Shown here one piece after another: positions 1 through 14,305 of a stretch of DNA of 64,000 nt. Position 1 is the first letter of the stretch. Every line of letters starts with the position of its first letter. The stretch covers positions 116,436,001 through 116,500,000 of the forward strand of contig OZ024741.1 in NCBI GenBank assembly GCA_964016885.1. The letters run 5' to 3'. The notes below the pieces were generated by a model. That model worked only from the letters and a program-made list of their open reading frames with translations, did no database searches and was not told the DNA's origin. The stretch is from Eledone cirrhosa (taxonomy: Eukaryota). The position numbers and the translations under genes are program-made.

Positions 1-1656
1 ATAAAGGTAAGATGGACAGCTTTTAGATATACATTAACACTTAAAATAAAATTTTGTATTGTAGAACCAGGGGCAGCTTCAGACAGCTTGCTATCAAAAA
101 GATTAGCAATTTTATTTCTTTTTATACACCTTCATAGAATAGAAAACATTGTATTCAGTTAGTTTATTTTTCTGTATAAAAGTCTGCAGTTGTGATTTTT
201 CATATTTACACACACCACACACACACACACATTGTGTGTGTGTGTGTGTCTGTGTTGATTCACTTGGATTTAGTTCAGCAATGTCATTTAATGTTTCTTT
301 TAAAAATGTTCCTATCTTACCAATCAATTGAAAGCTGATCTATATGATATTGGTGTTATCAATACTATGATTTTAATCTATCACATAATTCCAAAGTGTG
401 ACAATATATTTTTAAATACAAACTTAGATGATCTAAAGTCCATATTTATAAATTTATTTAACTTGTTTCTTCTTATATTTCTAATGAAAAACATAGTCTA
501 TGATATATATATGATGATGATGATGATATATCACTTTGAAAATAATGAAGAATTTGAAGGGATTTAGTGAAATATTAAATCTTTCTCATTATTAAGTTGG
601 TGTTTGGAACATACTTTAAATTATGATGGAAGCTTTTTAGACAAATATGATAATTTTAAAACACTTGTATCATTGGACCATGAGCAGTTTGGTATCAACA
701 GGCTTTAAATATTTTCATTTTCTTCTATCTTACCAATCAATTGATAGCTGATCTATGTTATGTTGGTGTTATCAATATAATTCCAAATTATTCCAATATA
801 TTATTTTTTAAATATAGGCTTAGATAATCTAACACCAGTATTAACAAATGTGTATATAAATAAGGCTAGGTTCAAATTCCACCAAGGTGAACTTTGCCTT
901 TCGTCCTTTTGAGGTCAATAAATAAAATTTAAAAAAATACCAGTCTAGTACTGGGGTTAATTCTTCCTCTATAACTCCCTCTTGCCACCCTCTTTCTCTC
1001 TCTCTCAAATCTGCTGTGTTCAGACCTGGAAAAGAAATGGGCTCTGCTAGGTTTTAAATGGCCAAGAAATGTATGCCACTACATCAAGAGATGTGGTTCT
1101 GTACATACAATATATATAAACAAAGTGGGAACAAAAAGGCTTTAATAATAAAAGAAAATACTACAAATAAAAAAGATAAATAGTTTCTGTACCTTCTCCA
1201 TCCCACCCATTACAATTAACTTGCTTCTTTTTATCCCTACTGTATCTCACCCCCTTCACTGAACACTACTCAATCCTTCTTCCTCAGACCTACCTACTTT
1301 CTGTTCTCTCTCAACCTACTATAAAAGCTTTTTTAATGTACGACTTTAATTTTAAGTCACTATATGGTTTTTTTGTTTGATTTCTTTTTTCTTAACCTTT
1401 CAAACTGCTAGAAACTGCTCCTGCAAAGCTGTTTATTATAAAGTGTTTATATTTATTTAAAAACTTCCCATCATAATCTTATGTAAGAACCTTTTATTAA
1501 GTTATGTTCCAAACACCATCTTAATAATGAGGTAGTTTTATTGCTGAATCTCCTCAAATTCTTGATTATTTTATTATTGAATTTTTCTCATGATTGAAAT
1601 GTTTTATAAAACTACAAATATTTTTAATGTCTTTAATTTTGATTCCTATTTTTTAG

Positions 1657-1736
1657 GGAAAATTCTTGAAGATGAGAAAAAAATAGTTGACTATGATATA
1701 GAAGAAAGTAAATTTGTTGTTCTTATGGTAACTAAA
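1657..1736 (+). CDS. RAD23: RAD23 exon, C-terminal part of the ubiquitin-like (UbL) domain; earlier exons lie upstream of the window
   Basis: ttttAG|gg...actaaa|GTaagt; translates (G)KILEDEKKIVDYDIEESKFVVLMVTK, the recognisable end of the RAD23 UbL domain; too short for the ORF track. Confidence 0.93.
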
Positions 1737-2700
1737 GTAAGTTTTTTTTAAATTAAATTTTATACGCATCGTCAGCATTCTATTAAAAACATACAATTAA
1801 TTTCAATGAAATCATATTCTTGTCACCAAGAGGTGCCAGTGATGATGATGATGGGATGACAGAAAGAGGTGAAAACTGTATGTCTGTGTGATAGAGATTC
1901 CATCTTTGCCAATTTGAGTGAACCCGGGACCTCATTGGCCAGCCATCCAGTGAAAGGAAGCAGTAAATTGGCTGAATCATTAGAGCTTTAAATTAAATAC
2001 CTGAGTTCAAACCCTGCCGAGGGTTGGGGTTAACTTCGCTTGGCATCTTTCCAGTGTCAATAAAATAAAGTACCAGTTGAATACTGAGGTCAATATAATC
2101 TATTCCCTCCTTTCCATAAATGTCTGGCTGTGTTTAAATCAGAAATCATTATTATTCCCCCAGGGAGGTGGATTGACAATTGTTAGAGCATTGAATTTAA
2201 TTCACTGATGTATTTGCTCCAGCTATTTACATGCTGAGTTCAAATCCTGTTGTGGTCAGCTATACCTTTCAGCTTTTTGGGGTTGGTAAAACAAAGTACC
2301 AGTCATGTACTCATTGTTGGTTCACACCAACATATGTTCAGTTGTGCTCCCATGAGGTTACATCTCAAAGTTTTTCTGGGTGTTTTAGTGATAGGGACTC
2401 CATCAGTCAAATACTGGGAGTAGATACAATTGACTAAACCCTCCTAAAATGTCTGGCTTGATACCTATGTTAAAAATTATTATTCTTCCCTATGAAATAA
2501 TTGAGAAAACTAGTAGTACACTGGATTATATGTTCAGGTTTCAAATCCTGTAGGAGTTGTATTTGAATTGACCCCCTTGGGACTGACAAAATCTATAACT
2601 AGCAGGGTGTGGATGATTTAAAGTACTACATCTTTCTTTTAATGTGTCATCTTTAATACTGAAGTGAGACATTATTTCTTTGTTTTCTTGTATTCAACAG

Positions 2701-2927
2701 AGTAAGCCTCAGCTGGCCAAGGTATCAGAGGGTTCAACATCCCAAGGAGAGACAGCTAGTGCTGCTTCATCAGAGAAGTCTGTATCTGTTACTATTCAAG
2801 GAGCATTAGCCACCCCTGCATCAGAGAGTGGCTCCTCTCAAAGTTCTAAAGGTTCGCAAGGTAGTGATGCAGACAAATCAACTGCTGAAGCTAACCCTGA
2901 ATCACAAGCTACAGACATCACTTCAGA
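2701..2927 (+). CDS. RAD23: RAD23 exon, Ser/Ala/Thr-rich linker
   Basis: caacAG|agt...tcaga|GTaagt; SKPQLAKVSEG...ATDITS; phase 0 in and phase 2 out match both neighbours. Confidence 0.85.
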
Positions 2928-4008
2928 GTAAGTATGCTTTTTACTTGTCTCAGTGTTGTTCATTACAGATTACATTTAACCCTTCTGATACCAAACTACC
3001 TGAAACTGCCCTGGGTACTGCAATACAAATGTTAATTTGAGCTACATTTTGCTTACATTCATCCTCTTTCTCTCTCTTTCTTTCCTCCTTTCTCTCATGC
3101 CACAAGTGTATTTTCATGGCACCAGCACTAGGGAGGTTTTCGTACCATTGACACAATTGAAGAATCCTATGACCCCTTTATTTTTGCATAGTTTCTACAG
3201 CTGGATCCCTTTAACTACTTTACTGGTGTACTAGAAAATCATCATTATTTTTAACGCTAGGTACACGTTATGCTTTCATGTCCTCAGAGCAGGCATCAGA
3301 AAGAGTATCTGACTTTAAAACTATCTCAAAAAATTCCATCTGGTCCATGCCAGCATACAAGAGCAGAATTTTAAATAATACTTATATATTAAGTAAAATA
3401 TTTAGTTATCACAGTGTTCATGGAAATGTGGTTGTCATGAGGGAATGATTATTGTGTTTAACTTGATTTATGATGGTTTTTAGATGAGCGTTCAGTCGTT
3501 CAATCAACCGAATATCCAACACATGAATCAACATGTAAAGGGTTGAGTATTCCGCAGACATGTACCCATAACATAAATCCCAAGCCAAATCAACATAGCA
3601 CAATGTGACAAGGCTGGTTTTTTTGAATTACTGATACACTCCACCCAACAGGCTTCTATACACTTTCCATCTACCCAACTTTTCTCACAAAGCTTGGGTT
3701 AGTATGAGGCTATGGTCAAACCCTAAACTTCCTAACAGTTTAGGAATGCCTGTGGAAAAAAGAAGGCTGCCAAGGGTCTTTGGAAGCAAGTAGACCAACA
3801 AGGACTCTTGAACTCAGCAGCATCCTAGTTCACATACCCATTGTCAGCATTCTTTTAAAAATAGGTCTATACAGCCATCTTAAAACACAGTTAATTTCAA
3901 TGAAATCAAATTCTTGACACCAAGAGATGATGATGATGAGATGAGACAGAGGAGAAAACTATATCTCTGTGAGATAGAGATTCCATTTTTGCCATTCCAT
4001 GCCATTAA

Positions 4009-6550
4009 CCCTTTCGTTACCATATTTCTAACCAAAATACACCCCTTATGTGTTTCAATTAATTTCTAACATAATCATAAATTTAGTCTGGTTTCATTAA
4101 ACAACTCTAACTTTTTTATTAATGTGATTTTTGGAAGAAAATTTAACGAAAGGTTCTCAACCAATTCTATTCCATAATTTTTGTCTCAAAGTGACTCTAA
4201 TTACAGGTAATACAGGTAAATTCAACAAAATATGAAATTATTTAAATTTTGTTCAAACATCGCTATAGAAAATGGGTTATTAGCTAATATTCAATTGGGT
4301 ATACAACAAAATTTTACTATAGAAGAGTTGTGCACATTACTGGATTTATCAGGTGAATTTAAACACAAAAGACAGGTGTACCATAACGGTATAAATAAAA
4401 CGAAAGACTGCAATTTGTCTGTGAAGAAAACTAGAAAACAAAATACACACACCATCAACTAGATTAAATAAGCTCTCCCACATACATAGATATGCAGAAA
4501 TATACAATAATGATTTACAAAAGAAATTAATCAAAACTCGTCACTCACCTTACAGGTAAATTAAAATTACACATAAAGAAAAAGAAAAATGAAGTAAATT
4601 TGAAAATATTAATAAAATAAAATCACACATATATACAAATCAAACAATATTCCTATCATGAAAACTTGTAAAGCACCCTGCTCTACATAATGCAACCTTG
4701 CAGAATGCACATTGGAAAGTTGTTTCAACAGACCTTCCACGAGGAGCTTTCCTTTTTTGATGAAGGCATTCACGACACTGCTTTTTGCGACCCTCGATTA
4801 TTTTCTAATTTATGGAGATCGGCTGAATTCAGAGGGATATCCCTCTGGCAGGCTTTGTTTTTTCTCGCTACAGTTTTTTTTTTTTTGAGGAATAACCAGC
4901 TCATAATTGTGTTGCTATATCTGCTCGGAACTGCAGATGGTCGCATCGCTTTCGAACGAGTCTCGATTTGGTATATAGTATAAACGCATTAGTAATTAAT
5001 ACTCATATTTACTATATACCAAACCAGATATCGCCACCATTTATTCCCCGATCTGCCAACTGGATAATAAGACATCATCTGATTCATCCGATCTACACCA
5101 CCCATGTACCTGTTATAATCGAGATTCACAAATGGGGTGCCATTTTCATCCACATGTGGCCGTGCACAGGTAGACAGAAAATTGATCTGCCTCTTATCTC
5201 TGTATGCAGTCGCTAGCAAATTTCCTTTCTGCCGTTGAATTATTTCACCTTTTTTTTTTTTAATTTTGCTTTTTTTATAACCAACTGCAGTCCTTTTCTA
5301 TTAGCGATCACTGTAGCACATGTATGTGTTGCCACAGTATCTAAATTCTCCGCAAGTTTGACCGAACTGAAAAACCGGTAAAAAATAATATATGGCCCTG
5401 GTTATGGTATGGAAGTGATAAATTCCAGACCACATCATACCCTAGGCCATGCTGACTTACATAATTGTCTCTTTTGCCAGTATAAAATTCAAATCCAGAG
5501 CAGCACCCAGTATTCAATTCGCGAATCTTCCAAACTTTGAAACCCCCATTTTGTGAGCTTTCCTGGCATATATTGTTGAAAACGCACTCGGCCTTTATAG
5601 CCCACCATACCCTCATCGATAGATAAATATCTCCCTGGTTTGTAAACTGTTTTATGTGTTTTGAACACATTCAATGAGGGATCATAGTTTGGTTCTCCAC
5701 ATACTGGTGTACTGCTCGTGTCTCTTACATGTAAATATTGCATCAATTTTAAAAACCGTGTCCTCGTCATTATACTTGAGACATATTCGTCTCCAAAGGG
5801 TTCATCGCTACTCCAGTAATTTGTAATTCTGGATAGCTTTCTAATGCCCATAATAATATTTATGGCAAAATAAGCTCTAATTTCATTTAAGCTTGTGGGA
5901 AACCACAAACTATCCTTTTTTTCTCGCTTTGTTTGCTTTCAGCGTAACGGTTTGTTAGGAAAAAGTAAAAGGAAATAGTTTAAAGCTTTGCTCTCTTGGG
6001 ATAGACTGTGACTTGGTCCAGTTTCTTCACAAAAATCACTGAAAGAAACAGTTTTTAAATTTTTACTCCATTCAGGTGCCAATTCATTTTCTTTATCGCT
6101 GTCATCGGAGCGCTCGGATTCACTGTTTTTACTTTCAGAAAATGAAACATCGGATTCATTATCAAATACCATGTGCTTTTTTTTTTTCAGTTATAGAGTT
6201 TTCAAGGTCTTTAGTGGAAAATCTTTCGAATTCTGACTCGCTGCTTGACTGGATGAAATTGGTATCAATTTTTTGTCAGAATTACAAATTTTCAAAACAC
6301 AACAGGAACAAATTTTGAAAAGAATCTCCCAAAAGTCACAGAATTAAAATAACACGTCGATCGTTGTCCAAAACTGTAGCTCAATTGTTTACGAACTATA
6401 ATCACGTGTTTTCACGAATGTACTAACGAGATTTGCTCTGATATTCTCATTTAAATATGAATGTGTGAGTACGGGCGGTTTTGGCCGGCTTGGTCACATG
6501 AACCCAAATTTTTTTTTCGGGCGGCTTTGGCCAGTTTGGTAACGAAAGGG
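4009..6550 (-). mobile_element. Full-length piggyBac DNA transposon with a frameshifted transposase
   Basis: TTAA TSDs at 4005-4008 and 6551-6554; perfect 14-bp TIR CCCTTTCGTTACCA; fragments SIDEGMV, YNRYMGGVDRMNQ and a C-terminal Cys-rich domain (QCRECLHQ...FQCAFCKVALCRAGCFTSFH, stop at 4640). Confidence 0.95.
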
Positions 6551-6814
6551 TTAAAGCAAACCTCATGATTGCGAAGTGTACTTAACCACTCAATCATATC
6601 TGTTTCTTAGAGACCTACTGGTCAGCCATCCAGTGACAGGAAGCCGCAAATTGGCAGAATCATTAAAGCATTAGAATAAATAACTGAGTCAAATCCTGCC
6701 TGGGTTTGGGTCAACTTTGCCTGTCATCTTTTCGGGATCAGTACAGTAGTGGTGGATTGATGGAATTGTTAGAGCATCAGACAGGATATCTTGGAGTATA
6801 TGTTTCGGCTCTTT

Positions 6815-6816
<2 letters not shown>

Positions 6817-6845
<29 letters not shown>

Positions 6846-8748
6846 CCGTTTTACGTCCGTTCTTCCATGCTAGCATGGGTTAGACGGGTTGTCCTGTTGT
6901 GGGCAGTGTCTGGTCGGCTGACCATGCCTTGCTCATACAGGAACTGATTTTGGCTTGATTTCTACAGCTGGATGCCCTTCCTAACACCAACCTCATTTAC
7001 AGTGTGGGCTGGGTGCTTTTTTGCCGTGGCACCTCCACGACCACCTTGCAGTGGGAGGGTGTGGGGGCATTGTCTATATGCTTCAGCTTGTACCCATGGG
7101 AGGTTGGGTACTCTGTATTACTGCGTGACGCCAGAGGTCACGGTCGTGTGTAATTGGGTAAGGTCGGCTTTTATTACCTCATCCCAGGTCTTCTTGGGTC
7201 TCCCCACTCCGCGGTTTCCATTGACTTCTAGTGCTCTGCTCCTTTTTATGCAGCTGTCATCCTTCATACGCATCACATGTCCATACCAACGCAACCGCCT
7301 CTCCTGCACACAGCATTTGATTCCTCTTATGCTCAGTCTCTCTCTCAATTCATTTATGCTTTGTCATTCGCGTATTTTACTATTACACATCCATCGGAGC
7401 ATGCAGGCTTCATTTCTTTCTAATCTACATAAGTCTTCCACCTTCAGCGCCCATGTAACATTGCTGTTTGGATACACGCATCATACAGTCTGCCTTTCAT
7501 TTTGAGGCAGAAGCCTTTTGCAGCTAGCAGTGGCAGTAGTTCCCTGAACTTCTTCCATCCCGTTCTTACCCTAGTTATAGTACTTTCTGAACACCCACTT
7601 CTGCTGTTAATTCGGTCACCTAGGTAGCAGAAGCTGTCTACTGTTTCTACAGAGTCCTCCCAGAGATTGGTGGTACTTGTTTTCTGTGGCTGTTTGCTGC
7701 TTGCTGTCCCAGCACAGCTGCTGCATGTGAAGCCTACATTCTTAATTAAGCTTCCTGAGATCCCGCTACACCTCTTGTGTACCCATTGTTTGCATTTGGG
7801 GCAGAGAATGGAGTTCCTACCTACACCTTTCCTACATACTGAGCAAGGCCATTTCCCTGAGGGTATCTGGGTTCTGTTTTCTCGTTTACTTACAAGGACC
7901 TTAGTCTTTGTCATGTTGACTTTGAGACCCTTTCTTTCTAGTCCCTGCTTCCAAGTTAGGAATTTCTTCTCTAGTTCTACCATAGATTCAGCTATAAGTG
8001 CGAGGTCATCAGCATACAGGAGTTCCCATGGGCATCCGGTCTTAAACTCCTTCGTTATTGACTATGATGAACAGGAGAGGGCTAAGAACAGGGCCCTGGT
8101 GGACACCAACCTGTACGCTAAATTCTTTGCTATACTCATTGCTAATCCTAACTTTGCTGACTGCTCCCCTATACATGGCTTGTACAGCTTTCACAAGCCA
8201 TTCATCTACTCCTAGTTTTCTAAGAGCCCACCAGATTACAGCACATGGAACTCTGTCAAAGGCTTTCTCGAGATCGACGAATGCCAGGTAGACTGGCTTA
8301 CTTTTAGCTAGGTACTTTTCCTGTAACTGCCTCACAAGGAAGAGGGCATCAGTGGTGCCTCTTCCTGGTACAAACCCAAATTGCATCTCATCTATTTTCA
8401 CCCGGTCCCTAATCAACTGTGTTATAACTCTTTCTGTTACTTTCATGACCTGGTCCATCAGCTTTATACCTCTATAGTTTCCTCTATCTAGTGCATCACC
8501 TTTACCTTTGTAGCAGTTGACAATGATGCTACTGCACCAATCTTTTGGTATGACACCTTCTAGTATTACCTAGTTAACAATACGTGTGGTTATAGTGTGA
8601 CCTACAGACCCAGATGACTTCAGCATCTCGGCAGCTATACCCGATGGACCGGTTGCCTTCCCCATCTTCATATCTTTGATTGCCTTACTTACTACGCTGC
8701 TGCTGACTTGTACTGCTGGCCCCTCTATAGGATCTACTTGGGGTAGGG
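6817..8748 (-). mobile_element. 5'-truncated RTE-clade LINE
   Basis: RT motifs (QFGFVPGRGTTDA, FVDLEKAFD, GVHQG, LLYADD), Cys-rich insert, (CAT)n tail, 7-bp TSD TCTTTAT at 6810-6816 and 8749-8755. Confidence 0.93.
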
Positions 8749-8815
8749 TCTTTATGTTCTGTATTCAAACTCCACAATGTGTTGAATACTATTTTTTTTC
8801 TCTCTCTCTCTCTAG

Positions 8816-9044
8816 CTCTGATGATGTAAGTACTCTGGCAACCGAGACAGCCACAGCCCTGGCTGCAGCCATCGATGAACCATTATCTGTCTTGCAATCC
8901 GCAGAAAGTGCATTGGTGACTGGTCAAGACTATGAAAATATGGTGCTGGAAATTATTAAACTTGGTTTTGATCGAGAACAAGTTGAGCGCGCATTAAGAG
9001 TCAATTTCAACAACCCTGATAGAGCTGTGGAGTATTTGTATAAT
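8816..9044 (+). CDS. RAD23: RAD23 exon, UBA1 domain
   Basis: (tc)n-tAG acceptor, GTaagc donor; [48 protein letters not shown]. Confidence 0.95.
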
Positions 9045-10916
9045 GTAAGCATTGCATTTAGCCACTTTTGCTCATGTAAAAGTAAACCTTTATTTTTAAC
9101 CAAAAGGTTTTGATTTTTTTATGTATACTATGTAAAAGTTGACTTCAGTTCTTCCTGGACAACATTTGTAAATCAAAGTATTATCCTGCACATAAATGTT
9201 ACAATGAAGAAATATATTTTTCTATGCTATTATTTTATAGACACAAATGGAAATATTTATAACATGGCCTTATTTGTGTATTTTTGAAAAAAAAAAAAAA
9301 TTTGATCCCATCTGCTATGAGGTTGCATCTAATAGGAAGTTTTTAGGGCGTTTTAATGATAAGGACTCCAGTCTTATGAAAAGCAACATGAAGTGAAGCA
9401 TTTTTTGCTTTAGAACACAATGTACCACTTGGTCCAGGAATCGAACCGACAAATATATGATCATGAATCCAACACCTTTATGCCATATGCTTTCACATTT
9501 ATGTGTTTGGTTGAAAGAAGTATATTTTGATGCATAGAAACATCGACATTATTACTATAATTCATTGGGGCAGTGGATTGGCAGAATTGTTAGTGTCGGA
9601 AAAAATGCTTTGCAATATTTAATTATGGCTCAGTACATTCTGAGGTCAACATTGCCTGTCATCCTTTTAGGTTCGATAAAGAACCAGTCACATACTACAG
9701 TTGATGCAATCAACTTTTCCCCTCCCCACAAATTGTTGGCTTTGTGGCTAAATTAGAAATCATTATTGTAATTTGTAGGGCGGTGAATTGGCAGTATCGG
9801 TAGAGGGTTGGACGCCATGCTTTCTAGCATAGTTACGTCCCTTGACGGTTTGAGTTCAAATCCCGCTGAGGTTAACTTTGCCTTTCATCCTTACGGGGGT
9901 CGATAAAATAAAGTACCAGTAATGTACTGGGTAATTCCTGGCCTTGTGCCTAAAGTAGAAACAATTATTGTAATTTGTAGTTTTTATTTTATTTTTTATT
10001 CACTTAGTCAATTTGGTTTTCTGTTTATTGATACAGTGTGGATTTCAGCCCTATGAAAGTAGTATCCATGTGATAGCTACCCTTATAAATTTAACCATAA
10101 AATTAAACTTTGGCACTACTATTGTATACTAATCAAGGGATAAAAATAAAACGGTAGTTTTAAAATTCAATAAAATCTCCCAGAAATCATTTTATTTTGC
10201 ATGTCTGCATCATGGCTAGACAAATGTAACCAACTATAACATTCACCATAGCTAAAACTATATTAGAAAGTGTAGTATGTATGTAGGAACCCGTAACTCC
10301 TGAAGGGGGTTGTAGGAGTGCTGTAGTGACACACGTGTCTCGGGTAACTTAAACCTAGTAGCTCATCCCCTCTTCAGGTCTGAACACACCTGATTTCTTC
10401 AAGAAGAGAGAGATAGTGGTGAGAAAGATATAGAAGAATAATCGACCCCAGTACTGGGCTGGTACTTTTTTTATCACCCTTGAAAGGATGGGAGACAAAG
10501 TTAACCATAGCAGGTTTTGAACTTAGCATGCTAGAACAAATACTGTGAAGTAGTTATGCCATGTTCTAACAACCCTACCAATTCACCACTTTAGAAAGGT
10601 GTGGTAACACTGTTACTCACCATTATACCTAAAGGTATAGTAGAAAAGTGTAGTTACACTGTAACTCAAATAAAGATATTTATTTAAGCAGGTGTCACAG
10701 ATAAAACTAGCTATAAGTTATAGTTGATGTTTCTTGCTATCTTTGATTGTGAAGGCTTGCTGCCTAGTGGCTAGTGATCACTAGGTCATGGATGTGATTC
10801 GTGGACTGTGTTATGAATCCTTGAGTAAAACACTTCATCTCATGTTGCTCAAGTTCAATCCTATTTTCTGATTTTTTTCTCTAAGTTGTTTAATAATGTT
10901 ATGTTTTGTCTAAAAG

Positions 10917-11034
10917 GGAGGTAGTGCTCAGGATGTGGAGCCAGGAATAATGGAAGAGGCATTATCCGGTAGTGAAACTAGTGTAACCAGTTCCAGTGCT
11001 CCTCTTCAATCTGCTACAACACCATCCTCTTCTG
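10917..11034 (+). CDS. RAD23: RAD23 exon, linker between UBA1 and the XPC-binding domain
   Basis: taaaAG|gga...tctg|GTaatg; open GGSAQDVEPGIMEEALSGSETSVTSSSAPLQSATTPSSS; 118 nt gives the phase-1 junction the next exon needs. Confidence 0.8.
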
Positions 11035-11779
11035 GTAATGTATTCCTCTTTAATCTTTATAATTGTTTAATTCCAAGTCTTTTATCTTAACCCTTTTGAT
11101 AACAACCTGCCCAAAACTGCTTCTTCTATGAAACTAAACTATCCATTTTAAAGGGTTTCTATTGAAATATAAAACCTTCCAACATAATTATATATTGGAA
11201 CTTTTTGTTATGTTTCCATATTCATAATGAAATAATAATTTTAATAAATCCCTTCAAATTCTTAACTAAAATACAGTGTATTTAATTATTAATATGGTCA
11301 TAAAAGAGTTAACTCTTTTGATAGAAAATCCCATCAACAATAATCCACTCAGGCTGCAAAAGATGGAGTAGTGTAGCATTCTGATCCCTTCTATATCTAT
11401 CTTTCTTCTCCACATATTCTTTTGCTTTCATTCTTCACCTTCCATTCGTCTCTCCTTTTCAGAATGTTGCATTATTTGGCCTTTTGTGACCTAGCCATCT
11501 TACTGTTCACTTTGATTTGCTTATCTCTCTACTATCGTTTTTCAACTTAGTTCAAAGGCCACTGACCAAACTACTTTATTTTCCTACATGGCTATTTGGT
11601 CACACACTTGTTCTTAACTTGTTACCATCACATTTTGTTTTCAGTTTGAAGCATTCTGTGATTCTTACATACACTTTCTGTATCGTTTTCTTTGTCATGT
11701 TGGTTGAAAGACACATTGAATCTTGTTTTATCATATGTTGCTGCAATCTCTTGGCACACAAGTGTGAACAATCCAGTCC

Positions 11780-12960
11780 TTAATGTATTAAAGTCATGGT
11801 GATCCCTAGCAGACAGCTAATGATAAAGGGATGTTTCCATTTGTTTGTTTTTGCTCCAATTTTGACTCGTACACTCACACATATAAACTCGCATATCTGA
11901 CAAGATGTCTAAGAAGTCGGGCAACATCATTTTGATTGTACCTTGAGCTGATTGATATCAAAACAATTGTAATATGCCAATGAAGTTAGTACATGTGCTA
12001 CAACACTGACTTTGATTCTACTTGCTCTATTTACTCTGAACACTACAACTGCCTTAATTCTGAAATACAACGTTCACTTCTCAGACCTTGTAATAGCATT
12101 TGGTGCTTCGAACAGCACGCTGCCTGCAACTGTGTTGTTGATGGGTCAATTAGGAAGTGTGCATATATCGCTGTATGTGGGTTGGTGTTTACGAAGTAGT
12201 CTCCTCAGTGAGGGTCCTGAATGTGCCAGCCATATATTCAGTCGCTCCCTATGGATCGTTTGTCTAATGGCAGCTGCCATCTTCTCATTGAAATGGGGCA
12301 GCTTTAGGTAGCCTATGTTATCCTTAGGAACACGTGTGCTCCTTGTTCTTTTACATGTTGCTGCCTTAGCATTTCTGTGTTTGGTGAGAGAAGTAGAGGA
12401 GCCGTTTTCAGTGAGAACTTTTTTGAATTCCACCATGCTCGTATGTCTGTCACTACCCTCACTGCATCTGTTGTGTATCCGGGAGATCATTTCATATATA
12501 GGCCATTTTGGCTCTCTGTGTAGGGAGGGGCGAAGTTGTGGTGTACAAAAATGTCTCTGCAGGCATCCTTCCTGTAAAATTTAGTGTATATATGGATCCC
12601 TCCTCTGTGACTTATTGTAAAGTCGAGTAGATAAAAGGATCCAGTGTTGTCTGGATGTTCAACCTCAAATTTTATGTGTGCGTCAATGTTTTCAAAGATG
12701 TAAATCTTGACAGCTTCACATGAAGTGAGCATAAAGATGCCTTCCACATATCTGGAGAAGGAGCAAGAGCAGCAGGTGGCGAGTGCTGTGTACTCCAACT
12801 GGTCCGTGTACGTGATGGCCAGCAAACCTGAAAGACTCAATCCCATTCAGAGTCCTGAAATTTGTATGTATATGGAGCCCTCAAACTGGAAAAAGGTGTT
12901 GTACACAACGATGAAGGGCAGTTTGTGGATGTTTTGTTTTATTTGTCATCATTTGCCCTT
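11780..12960 (-). mobile_element. Decayed Penelope-like retroelement fragment (RT C-terminal half and linker)
   Basis: MGLSLSGLLAITY..LE, FSRYVEGIF (RYVDDIF-like), IKFEVEHPDNTGSFYLLDF, FYRK, YLKLPH; boundaries approximate. Confidence 0.75.
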
Positions 12961-13056
12961 AGTATTTTTCCTACCGCATTTTACCAACTTTAAAAAAACA
13001 TTTATTGGTCTTTCAATATATATATATATATATATACATATTTCCTCTCCTTATCC

Positions 13057-13323
13057 TTAACCCTTTTGTTACCGACAATATTTCTAATGAAAGCCACAGC
13101 TTCTGATTTTCAAATAATTTTGAAAATAATCAAGAATTTAGAGGGATTTAGTAATATTGTTGATTTAGTAATATTGCTTTCTCATTAAGTGGGTATTTGG
13201 AAGCTAACTTAACAAAGGTTCTTGCATAGAATTATGATGGACAGTTGTAAGATAAATATAAGCATTTTCAAATAAACAGCTTAGTATCATAGAACCAAGG
13301 ATGGTTTGATTACAAAAGGTTAA
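13057..13323 (+). mobile_element. piggyBac-derived MITE family A (other copies about 470-705, 11088-11311, 18948-19204, 21850-22246, 36485-36736, 40859-41270, 42474-42890)
   Basis: TTAA-CCCTTTTGTTACC ... CAAAAGG-TTAA ends; interior resembles the left end of the 4009-6550 element. Confidence 0.8.
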
Positions 13324-13435
13324 TGACTTAGTGAATTATATTTCTGTGTTTTTTGTTAACAATTTGGAAATAGCTACTTTCCACTCTCCCAAGTAACTTT
13401 TCTTTGATATTCTCCACCTTTCTTCAATTTTTCAG

Positions 13436-13563
13436 ACAATCCTTTGGATTTCCTCCGAAACCAACTACAATTTCAACAAATGCGTCGTGTTATCCAAAGA
13501 AATCCCCATGTCTTACCTGCCATATTGCAACAGATAGGAACAACAAATCCTCCTCTTTTACAG
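13436..13563 (+). CDS. RAD23: RAD23 exon, XPC-binding (STI1-like) domain
   Basis: ttcAG|ac...cag|GTaagt; (D)[42 protein letters not shown]. Confidence 0.95.
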
Positions 13564-13808
13564 GTAAGTACATGTATTATACTGCTGGCATTTATTGACA
13601 TGCTAAATTGTGGGGGTATAAAGAAACATAACCATTTTGTAAATGTTACTATGATGATGCTCACAGAAACTGATCCATGTAATATATACTGTATATTATA
13701 TGTGTGTATTCTTTTACAAGTTTGTCATCAGACTGGGGTGTTGCTTTTGTTTGGTTAATCCTATCAGCCCCAGTAAATACCTTTTTTCAATTCTGTTAGT
13801 TATTTTAG

Positions 13809-13841
<33 letters not shown>

Positions 13842-14305
13842 CCTGTCGAACCACAAGTTCTGAAACGTGACCACATACATAGATATCTCTTCTACTGACA
13901 ATTAGGTCACCTAGGTAACAGAAGCTAGCAATTATTCCTTGGATTGGAAATAAGTTTGTCACTGGGACTCTTACTACTAACTACCTGTGTGCAGCTCCCA
14001 GCCACCATGCAGTCTTACCTTTTCTCTTAGTCTGTCTGCTGTCTCGCTATACTTGTGTACTCATGTTTTCCTAGCTAATTGATTGAAATAGTTAAGTCTT
14101 GAAGATGTTACCAGTTGAGAGATTGAAACCAGAAAAGGATCAGATTTATTTCTATTCATTTACATCTTGATTGTATGTGTATAAAGCTAAATGAAAGGAA
14201 AATCAGTATGTAAAAAAAATGTGAACTGAATATGGTTTTTGGGTGGTTTGTTTTTGTTTTGTGTATTTTATTATTGTCATCGGAAGTGATTGTTTTGTCT
14301 TCCAG

